Positions 29,301 to 39,400 of a stretch of 64,000 bases of DNA are shown here, piece by piece. How positions within the stretch are numbered: position 1 is the stretch's first letter; each line of letters opens with the position of its first letter. The position numbers were made by a program, and so were the translations under genes. Source of the DNA: Tubulanus polymorphus (Eukaryota; Animalia; Nemertea); assembly GCF_964204645.1 (NCBI RefSeq), contig NC_134031.1:19661910-19725909 (forward strand), given 5' to 3'. Below the pieces are notes generated by a model. The model was not told where the DNA came from, searched no databases, and saw nothing but the letters and a program-made list of their open reading frames with translations.

Positions 29301-31938
29301 AGGATCCAGCTCTTGAGTTAAGATTTGAGTTATTTAGCTCAGAGTTAACCCTAACTCATGCAACTCGATCCTGAGTTTACAGTTAACTCACAACTGTCCA
29401 ACTGGATCCTGAGTTCAGAGTTAACTCTAACTCATGAATAGGCAACTGGATCCTGGACATATATATAACAGATTTTCTTACTCCAATTCATGGTGATAAT
29501 GAACCATCCCTGCTCCGGCAGCCCCGGAATTCACACAACTCGGCCCCACGAGATCGGAGGCAAGTAGAGTCTACTTTACTGCTGTAAATAAAAAGGTTTT
29601 CCTCCCCGCAATAAACATTTATCAATCAAACGTAAATGGAGGACAATGTCCTCAAAATTAAAAAAGAATGAAAGTCTTTATCTCGATAATAAATGTTCTC
29701 CTGCCTATAAACACTTGACTTACTTATTGAGAATGATAAAACAGTATCCAAAATAATGACAGAAAATACAACAAATATAACCGAAAAACGTACACGCCAG
29801 TAAGCAAGGGTAGTACATGACTGTGAAAGGGTTCTGAATCAGTAGAAAGCCATCGATTCATCACAATTAGACGGCTTTTTGATGTACAAAAAGTAAAAGG
29901 GCTTGGACTCCCTGCCGTTTGAAAGCGGAGAGTGAAAACTTCACGTAGCGAAAGCAATGTTGATATAATATAACGATAAAAATTGTTTTAAAAAAAATAT
30001 CTCAAAGCGCACGCAATATTTTATTTCGCGGACTGCTGAGTGGTTAATGGACATTCCGAATAGTTCATAATATTGCTAAAATACCTCATAGAGTTACCAT
30101 CAAAAAAGTTCATGCTACATATACGATATAATATTCATAAGCTGAGGGGGGTACGCGGAGAGGAGAGCTTTTCAAGTGGTCATGCAATAAAAATCCATTT
30201 GGAACATAATGAACGTTTTTTTTTTCTACAAGGCCAACCAGATCCAATAATGAATTTACATCATTGCAGCAGAATTACATAGTAGAACGTCAGACGTCAG
30301 ATAAAAAGAATGAAACTGAGTCAATAGATTAAAACAAAATTCATTGGTCAAGAACTAAAACTGAAAATTACAAGACAATGTTTGAACTGTTTGAAACGTT
30401 GATTCTTTTAATTTTTTATTTCAATTCTTGATTTCATAAATTTGATATCTAATCTTGGGTTTCAATCTTATCATCTATCTCCGTATCCTTTGATATAGAC
30501 AGCTTTTCGAATATTACATGAGCAAATTTCATTGTGTATCTTGTTTTTTTGCGAAGAGGACTAACAGGACTCGTATTGAAGTATGGTAACTTTTGCTGAT
30601 CACAGCAAATAAATTTGCTGCATTTCTTTTCTAATTTTCTAGAAAAGCTTGACAGTGAAGTTGAAATAAATACCCAACACATTAACGGTACTGATATAAT
30701 GTCACCATTCTTTCTTAAGGAGGCATTGAAAAAGATATACGTCTCGTTTTTTGAATACACGCGTCGAGGGAAAACGATTGAACCGTGAACAGATTTAGAC
30801 ATCGTCGAAACAATAGAAACTGTATTTAAACTTTACACGAAAAACAGGGCATTCTTTACAATGATTGAAAGACTATTCATTTAGAGAGATAACCTTAGCA
30901 TTGTAGAAAGATTTTTTACAGTCGGTTTACGGTGAGACGAATCCCGGGGTTTCATTATCAGATTTCTAACGTCCTGAGAAAATACAGAATATTGAATATT
31001 GTACACGTTATTCTTGTTTTCGCAATTATTTCTTGAATTTGAAACGTCAAAATGAAACCAGTTACAATTATCGCAGATTATTTTGACGGTATTGATTTTC
31101 AGTTAAATTTGACGGTGAATGCAAAACTACTGGAATAAGAATGCCAAAATAACGCGTTAATACCGAGGTTATTTTAATGCAAAATGTGAAAGAAGACAAC
31201 CGGCCATTCATTACGATATATGCTTAGAAAAAGTCTTCTATTTTCTATGTTTAAAACCAATACGGGTTAAAGCTGGCCATAAATTCATACACTACATCAG
31301 GGTAAGTCACACGACCATCTTCGGAGACATATTTGATAAAACTGTATCTCAGTTCATATCAATCTCAGAAGAGGAGTTGAAGCAACATCTAATTTTCATT
31401 ATTAACGTAGTCTTCGATATTGTGGGTGCTGTGTCTCCCGGTCTCTAGCTGCTCCCTGACTTCATCAACTGTCCCCAAATGCAAATTTATGTTAAACCAA
31501 CTTTTGAATGTGTAGAGAAAAAATACTTTATAACAACGGATAATCACTGATTGACAATTGACAAGAAATGTGGTTTAAGTGAAATCATAGACGATCATGC
31601 ACGAGTGTGATTGTTTGTGTATATATGAAGGGTGGTAGGGTAGAGGGTAACAGGAAGATTATTACAATATATAGCTGCACCTGTATCACTGACTCGAGCC
31701 CGGTGTCGTCTGCCGAAGGAACTGTTACAGCGCCACCTATAGTAATCTGACTTACACTGGCTGTAGTAGTAGTAGTAGTTGCCGATACTGCGGTGGTCAC
31801 GCGTTCGATGACAGTACTATCACCGGTGACGACAGTAGACTGATTGTTGTCGATCTGTTCGATCTGTTCGACCTCCGCTGTCGTCGTAGTCGTCTCCGTT
31901 TGCTGCTTCTCCGTCGTCTGTTCGAGCGTCGTCGACAT
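1..31938 (-). CDS. CROCC: Rootletin (ciliary rootlet coiled-coil protein); multi-exon, 3' end runs off the left edge
   Basis: Phase-consistent GT-AG exons (minus strand): 31938-31681, 28979-28677, 22758-22567, 19910-19830 (or 20633-20553), 19476-19349, 19194-19029, 18476-18264, 17220-17099, 16434-16029, 15763-15627, 15315-15064, 13448-13321, 12700-12413, 11111-10683, 9988-9819, 7568-7389, 7110-6914, 6794-6619, 6472-5841, 5755-5524, 5399-5070, 3941-3778, 3442-3263, 2084-1804, 1710-1581, 1187-817, 604-463, 61-<1. About 2116 codons of coiled coil. Motifs recalled from rootletin: KLQAYQDGQQRQAQLVQKLQAKVLQYK, SASLAHVNSMLREQLDQA, EHSRLLSLWRAVV, DIDPEAVRMALRDF. Confidence 0.95.
3097..3226. mobile_element. 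Short MITE
   Basis: 14-bp TIR CAGGGTGGCCACTG / CAGTGGCCACCCTG. Related ttccctga-rich fragments recur near 4920, 15440, 15850, 41470-41640 and 47140-47530. Confidence 0.6.
8246..8977 (-). CDS. Candidate large acidic alternative first exon of a short rootletin isoform (244 codons)
   Basis: aatATG at 8977 opens a D/E-rich frame ending GCT|GTAAGT at 8246, phase 0, compatible with the exon starting at 7568. In-frame stop upstream at about 9020. Confidence 0.6.
14853..14990 (+). mobile_element. tRNA-derived SINE head
   Basis: A-box-like TAACTCAGTGG and B-box GGTTCGAGTCC, without a foldable cloverleaf. Confidence 0.5.
20231..20370. mobile_element. Small Harbinger-like MITE
   Basis: Ends GCCGCATTCGCAC ... 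GTGAATGCGGC; similar ends at about 42445 and 44643. Confidence 0.5.
20553..20633 (-). CDS. CROCC: Rootletin alternative exon 4a (VLQYKKRCGELESENADIRAFTDRGRR), paralog of exon 19910-19830
   Basis: 81 nt; tttctag acceptor, gtgagt donor, phase 0/0. Same length and same GTGTTACAGTATAAA start as exon 19910-19830 (VLQYKRKCGELETKSLEQQSDTDRVKR). Confidence 0.85.
20890..21057. repeat. About 42-bp tandem repeat of a dispersed palindromic family (also 29300-29457, 12751-12850, 51320-51430)
   Basis: Unit gagttcagagttaactgtaactcataactgtgaaactggatcct repeated about 3-4 times; aactggatcctg ends are shared among copies. Confidence 0.75.
21627..21707 (-). CDS. Candidate rootletin alternative first exon (MMDGDDAAVHRLATCPRLDCPYCRCWE)
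   Basis: ATG ... GAA|GTAAGT, phase 0, compatible with exon 4a/4b. X-box at 21824-21838 about 120 bp upstream. Confidence 0.6.
21824..21946. promoter_or_regulatory. Intronic X-box (GTTCCCCATGGAAAC, 21824-21838) plus forkhead site (TGTAAACA, 21939-21946)
   Basis: Motif matches upstream of candidate alternative first exon 21707-21627. Confidence 0.55.
25760..25801 (-). CDS. Candidate rootletin alternative first exon (MSWFRDSYYGSLPK)
   Basis: ataATG ... AAG|GTGAGC, phase 0, compatible with the exon starting at 22758. RFX half-site CCTAGCAAC at 26033-26041 upstream. Confidence 0.5.
26335..26397. repeat. (TA)n microsatellite, about 31 units
   Basis: Perfect AT dinucleotide run. Confidence 0.98.
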
Positions 31939-32278
31939 GAAGACGATCTTTATATCGAGTTCATCATTTACGATATTCGAAATATCTCAACAACTGAATC
32001 CACAAGCTACACGAATGAGACGTTTAATTAACTACTGTTACTCCTTGCATCGATACTTCAATTGACACGAATTCAAACCGATATCGGAATATCACATCAC
32101 CGATTCTCATTAAAAGTCCGGCGCTCACTAAAACACGTCCCCTAAAACAACACTAACATCAGTATCACAATCACCGAGACTAGACACGATATCTTACGGC
32201 TATAAATATCGCGCGCAGAGCCCTCTACATTGACAATCGAACACTAATTCAACAGACGCCTGATCAATGAGTATTGTT

Positions 32279-32291
32279 GTTGCCAGGCAAC
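32279..32291. promoter_or_regulatory. RFX X-box upstream of rootletin exon 1
   Basis: Perfect palindrome GTTGCC-A-GGCAAC about 340 bp upstream of the ATG at 31938. Confidence 0.75.
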
Positions 32292-33879
32292 GATGAAAAG
32301 CAGTACGGTGCCGCCACCCCGATGAATGAACCCTACGTAGTCGGTGGGTATTGTTTACGATACCGGTTCAGCTGACCTGAAGAGTTCTATCCAATCAGGT
32401 AAGAAACAATCATATCTTGAAATCCCTACAGTTGAATACCTTCACACACAGTGTCTGTCACACATACAGCACACGCAAATTATCAATATCAATTTATGCT
32501 AGTTTCAGTCTATACAGGCTGACAATATTTCTCTACTGCAAAATTTGAAATTTTAAATAAATCTCTGAAGATGGATCTAGATGTCAATGAAACTGATTTT
32601 TCAGTTGTTGTTTAATTAATATTGTGGGTATTTTAAATGATCAGTCAATTTATCGCGTTTTAGATAGAAGAGAAATTGTCAAGAAATTATGAGAAATGAT
32701 CGAATGTGGAAGATAGAGATGTTTGATGTTTAATTATTTTACTTTAGAAAAGTAGAAATATTAATCCACACTGAATGTCGTGTCACCAAATTACTGGATA
32801 CAAAAGAAAAAGCTCAAACTCAATAAATTGATCCATGTGCGAAGGGTTACTTAGAAATAAAAAAAATAAAATTAGACAAAATACTAGATAAAAAATGTTT
32901 GTCTTCGAACATATACCAATAATAATAAAAACAAACTAAAGCTTGGAAACACAAAAGCCCTACAATTAACTATACATAGATTGACTAAGTCCGATATTCT
33001 AAGAAGAATATTGATCACCAAGATATTAGCGACATAGCCTACCTGTAACCACAGTTTACAGTCCAGTGTCACTGACTGATATTCAGAAACTCAACTAAAA
33101 CGCATCGCCCGCCCGCGTCCGATCTTTATCAATGTTATCATTACATTCCCAGTTATATCTAATGGATTTTTTTCTGATATTGAAATATGTACCATTCAAA
33201 ATACTTTCTATTGAATCTCATCAGGGGGTACAACCAGCGGGACGTAAAAAGCGCTAATGCGTCGTAGCAGCAGGAAATAATGAAAGTATGGTTTCATCGG
33301 CCTACTTCAAAAAAAAAGGATCTTCCATGCAGAAAATTTTTATTCAAAAAGTATCACGTAAAAAGTATATAGTATTTCATTGATTAGTTCATATCATCAT
33401 TACTACTATCACTATTGGACAGAATAGTGTCTGGGATGCGGTTCTCATTGTATGTAGGGATAACCTAGTTTGCCTAAGAGCTAAGAGGCATTAAAAAGAT
33501 GAATACAGAATTTGGTTAGTAGCTTCAAGAGGACGGCCAAGAGAAATATCTTGAAAGAAAAAGAGGTCCCAATAAATGTCCCCAAATAGAGGTTGTCCTC
33601 TGAAGGCAGAGGTAAGCTCTAATTAGTCCGCTAGAACCCTCAACTCTGAACTGTTTTTGTTTGTGTGTGTGTGTGGTGGGGGTGGAGTATGACTGTAGTA
33701 AGGGGGAGGGGCAGTGGAGCTGACACAAACTGGATGAATGAAATTTTTGTTGAAGAATTCACTCAACCATGAACTCGACACACCCGACAGCCGGACACGG
33801 CCCGACCCTCTGTGTAGCCGTCTGCACAGTGCACATGCTGACTCTGACCGACAATGACATGACAACCAACCAGTTTCAT

Positions 33880-35970
33880 TAGGGATTTCAGGTCACGTGA
33901 TCAAAATGTGTCATAATTAGCGTTTTCCACGCTTCAAATTTTCAATCGCTCATAAAAAACGTATTCTATATCCGATTGAAGCCAAACTTGCTCAGTATAC
34001 TCAATTTACCGGTTATTTGTTGTGGTGTAAATTTCATGAGTGTATCTTGCCTAGTTACGGAGCAATAAGTCGTAGTTCGGCGCGCGTCGGCTCATTTCTA
34101 GGAAACAAGATGGCGGCCATGTTTGTTCATGCATTTTTCAAACACGTGAAAAACGCATGCAATTTTTTGGGTCAAATCCGCGAGCCGGCTGCTGATTGGC
34201 TGGATATTTGACCTCAGAATATTTTAAGAACATGTTTCAAGTAGAGCATGTCGGTGCGTGCAAGTTTTGGTAGGCCCTGTATCACTCGGAAAACGTCGTA
34301 AACACACTTCAAAGTGCTCATACGCTAAAATTAATAATTTTAACTACTTGCACTCTACTACATGATAAAATAAGATACTTTATATATTGTTTTCAATTAT
34401 TACTTTTAAGATTGATTGAGTAGTCTTTCGCGGATTTTGACCTAAAGTCGGCAAGGCGCTTCAAATTGTTTACATCCGGGTCACTGCCGGCTCACACCGG
34501 CTGCCAGCTGATCAATCAAAACACTTCCTGGTTCATTTTTACCACTCTAAATGTCAATTTAGCAAGTAAAACGTCACTTTCACTCATTAAACTCATACTT
34601 TATTACGAAATCGGCAATATATAAGACGAATAATGGTTAGGCCTACCCAATTTAAAAACTTTGAGTATTTTGCACAAGAATCCAAGTTTTGTCTAAATTT
34701 TAGCTCATTTTTTGCTAAAAAGAAATTTTATTTTTCCTATCTGCTTCACCTTTAGGTAATCATCTCATCTTGAATACTAGGATATCCCCCTGAAAAGCAG
34801 TTGTTATTCATTTGTTCATGGTTTTTCAATTCCAATTGTCGACCCTTTCGCTAAATAACTGCCGCTGCTAGGCCTAAAATACCCACCAACCAATGGTTAA
34901 TCAAATATATTCTAGAGGATTATATTATCAATTTTCTTTTTCATTCGAATGACTTGCCTAGAAGGAGACCTTTAATTAGATACCAAACATGACATACTTT
35001 TTTAAAATTGACTTTCCGATGAAATATCGACGCAAAACAAGATGGCCGCCATTCCTCGAGCCTCAATTTGAGATATCATGATATAGATATTTCATGGGTA
35101 AATCTGTTAGGGCCTAGGGATCTCTAAAGAAAAACAAAGGCTTTTCCATTCATTTCAATTTGATTTAATTTCGGAAAACCATGTAGTACGTAGATCTCTT
35201 CAACGCTTTATCCTATTCTTCTGCGGCAACTGAGTATCTGAAATATAATGATATTATTAGTATCTTTTATTTCAGAAGGCTTTAAAACATTGAACTTATC
35301 CACTAAGATTATTTATTTCAAATAATAATGGTCTATAAGGCCATATCGAATCAACTAAATACATTAAAGATGTAGTTAATTAGATTCAAGATGGCCGCCT
35401 TGATACTTACTTTATGGTTACCGTGGTAATCGGTATCACCCTGATGCACGATATCTTCGGTACATTATCTCAAAATTGATATTCCATGTCTTAAGTATCA
35501 TTTATCTTGAGAAATAAACTATAGTATTGCGTGTTAATGGTTATAGAAGTGAGTATTAATTAGATAATTAGTATGCAAATTAGCCTAATTTACATATTTG
35601 TGCAATTACTTACATGAATCTAAACAAACTTTGTATAGACAACATACTGACCAAGTTTGGTTTTAAACAGATAAAAATTCTCGGAGTTATATTGGTTTTA
35701 ATGTTGAATTTAATTCCTTTATGTGGCTAAAAAGCAGCAAAACCTAGACACTTCCTGTCTGATACTTTCATTGGAAATGAACTAGAGTGTATTGCGCAAT
35801 CGAATGACAAAAATACCCCAAATTTCCACCCTTAGATTGCTTATAACTTTTGAACCGCTTGACCAATTTTGATTCTGTAAAGTGCTGTATGCTTATGCTA
35901 TCCCCTTCTTCATTTTAAGCTATTAGAAAGACACATAGGACACATAGAAATTTTCAACCTGAAATCCCTA
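33880..35970. mobile_element. Non-autonomous TIR DNA transposon, 2.09 kb (hAT-like termini)
   Basis: 14-bp perfect TIR TAGGGATTTCAGGT / ACCTGAAATCCCTA flanked by direct repeat GTTTCAT (7 bp). No transposase ORF. Internal repeated CAAGATGGC(G/C)GCC. Confidence 0.8.
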
Positions 35971-36189
35971 GTTTCATTCAGCCTCAGTTCGTACGTGTGG
36001 ATCAATTTTGAACCTCCCCAAAACGAAAAATCTTACCAGCAACAAATGAGAGTCGGCCACAAAATACTGCAGCTTTCATTCATCAGCGGATTATCCGTTA
36101 ATCTGCTTTAATCAATCCGTTAACGTACGGGTAAACAAACAAACATTACGGCGGCCCACATGTACTTCCGCATTATTTCTGTGACGAAC

Positions 36190-36250
36190 AATTTCATTGG
36201 CTGAAAACTGAGCCGTCAACGGAAGTATTGCCGACTTCGATTGGCTGATT
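36190..36250. promoter_or_regulatory. Paired CCAAT boxes (ATTGGCT) of the PEX2 promoter
   Basis: ATTGGCTG at about 36197 and about 36240, roughly 200 bp upstream of the PEX2 ATG. Confidence 0.45.
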
Positions 36251-36432
36251 GACATTAATCTCTCGCGCTACCGCAAATTAAAGTTTTCATAAAGTTTATA
36301 CATTATCTAATTTATAGAAATTTCTATAAGTCTCTGCGCTATAAGTTTAACAAATAAAGATATTTGATTATCTTATTCAGATTATTGAATTGATTTGAGG
36401 TTTATGGTGTGGAGATTAGGAGTTGTTTACAA

Positions 36433-39400
36433 ATGGCGGACCATGGTGCTTTACGAGTTACACAGGTACTATTAAAATCCAACGTAATCTATCCACTCCC
36501 CGAGTAATGACAATCAGTATTTGCTGCTGAATAATGATAACTAAAATCTGTTCTACATTCTCGGCTGATTTTGGAAGGATGAACTTTACTTCTAAAATAT
36601 TTAAGTGAGATTTTCAAGTAATGACCGCCCAACAAGTCTTGTTGAATGATGAGAATTGACTTATAGTCTAGTGAATGAATGATTTAGATTGACACTACAG
36701 CAGATGCAGTATAGTATACATCTTCCCTGGCAGGGATTCGAAACTGATGGCATTACAAATTCAATACTCGACCACGGCACAAAACCATGCAACACTAGTA
36801 GAAAGGGTATGCAGGTATATAGAGCAGGTTTGGCTCAGTTATCAGGAATGATCGTCCCATCTTCACCAGTTTCACTATCTATAGTTGTGGGAGACAGCTC
36901 TTCTGATCATTGACCATAGTTTATTTAAGGTTCTCTTTTTTATTTTACAGTTAGATTCCTCGGAATTGGATAATGAAGTTCTGTCATTGCTATCTTCACA
37001 ATTATCAAACATTTTCAAGTATTTTAAGGTAAATGCTAATTTCAGAAATAAGCATCTTTGAACTGTTCTCTATTGGCAGAAGATTGTCAATGGCATTATT
37101 CTTGTTAACGCAATTTTTCCTAAAATCTCACTCGAAGCCTTTTTCTATTTCAGCCGAGGTTTCTCTCAAAGTATGAACCTGAAGTCAAAGCATTGCTACG
37201 CCTTGTGACATGGAAGGTAAGTTGTCGACCTAAACTCAAAAGCTTTCCTCAAACGCGACCGGCGCGAATCAAACTTTGCGTGTTCGTTATGATTATTAAC
37301 ATGCATCATTAATTAACACAGAAGTTCGTTAGTTGAATGATGATTATGATTGCGTTGTCTCGTCCCTGCAGGGGGTGCTGTATTATCTATTGTACGTTGA
37401 TGGATTGTCTATAGACAGTAACAGTAACAGTACCGTGAACTGTCTTGCATCTGTGAAACAATAGTTCCAGACAATTCTTCGCCGCATCCTGTGTACATTA
37501 TTAATATGCACCATTTCGGTTTTCTATTTATCGAATTCTATCACGCAATTATTCAATATATTAATAATATTTGGTAGGAAACTTTCTCACAATTTCACCG
37601 GTTTCGAATTCATTGTAATAATCACGAGCGTTTAATGTTTCGTATTTACACGCTCTTTTATTTATTCGAACGAAAGTTTGAATCAAAGTTATCGAATGTT
37701 TGATCGGCGTGAACCGTCGGGAGGCCATTTATAGAAATCGATTTGAGAGACCGGTAAATTCAGTTGCACCGCGACCGGTATGTGAACTGTCCAGTGCTTC
37801 GATGGGTGCATATTCTAGAATATTCTAGAATAACCACAATCAAATGTGGAAAATAAACAATATGATAAAAACCATTTATGTACAGAATTAAAAGTTTGAA
37901 ACCAAGAATTTATTTTTATCAGAAGTTAAAAATGACACTTTCTCTAGAGACCATTGTCAGGTATAAATAAGATGACATATAGCGCCGTTTTCACTATGAT
38001 ACAAAACAGCATTGTCCATTAAATTGTTAATATTTCCCCACAGCCTACTATAAACATCAGTCATCTCCCCCGGGAGAGAAGTAACACCCAAGCAGCTATA
38101 GACACTAATGAGTCATCTATCAGACCAGGTACCCAATTACTGGGTAAAGAGAGGCAATGAGGATATGTGTCTTGCTCAGGACACTGTGGTAATATACTGG
38201 TAGATCTGCGTTTTCTAAATAGAGTATATTTTCTGACTACGTGCAAACTTTTTTCTAAAGATTTTGTTGAATCAATTAGCTGTTACGCGTATTAGCAAAT
38301 CCGAAACTTGCCAGACTTTTAAGTTAATCTTAGAAATTGAGTTAATAAAAAAGTTGAATCATATATAGACCCTACCTGTTTTACTGCCCATGTCTGAATA
38401 TGTAATACATTTATTATACTCTGGCAGTATAGTTGAGTGAATCTATGGTATGAACTATACACATGGATTAACATAAATTACAGTTAATATAATTTTGCAC
38501 TTCAGATTAGTAACAGTGTGTCACCTGTTTGCACTAAAGACGAGACAATTTAAATTCCAAACTGACTGTCACTGTTGGCACCTTTCAGTGAAACAATAAT
38601 TAAAGCTGATTACAAAATGTCAAGTTACTGAAATTTCTAGATACATGATATTCTTTAATTATTTGAGTATTGTTTGAAGCGTGTCCTAGTTTAAAAAAAA
38701 ACGTTTTAGTTCACAGTTCAAGTTCTATTATCCGTGTCTATAACATATCATCAACCAACAGACAAAACTCCCTCACTCTCATCGCAACAAAGGCTTTTTT
38801 ATGAAAATTTCAAACTTTGAAATAGAAATGACCAACTGAGGAACTAGTTAACGCATAACGGAAACATGACAATAATCGAGATCGATCGAACACTTACCGG
38901 TGCCCATACTACAGAACGTGTATCTGTGATACGTGCGGGTAAGCTATACCTCTCACTATCATCGCTGAGATACCCTGGCGCCGCTGCTAACTGACTGACG
39001 ACCCACGATGACATCACTACTGTCTTATATCATATCGCTTTATATATACGTACATATTTATTATTCTATATTACCGGGACTATAGTCAGAGAGTGAGCTG
39101 CAGTCTCTATAGCCACACGAGCAACAGTCAATCAATTCATATTGATCAATCGTAGTCGACAGTAACAAATCTGAGTTTATAACGCTGTCGTCATTACAGG
39201 TCTAATCTATAACAAACACACATCTCTCTCTCTCAGTGTGGGTGACTGTGAATTGACTACACACGATTATACGTAATACAGTATTCTATTAATTACCCGG
39301 CGTTAGTTGATGTTGGCCTTGTTTTTTATTCATCAGCGGATAAAGATATGTCGGAATTCGAAAGGATCTTCCCTCACATTTGTTGGACTGCAGTATTATT

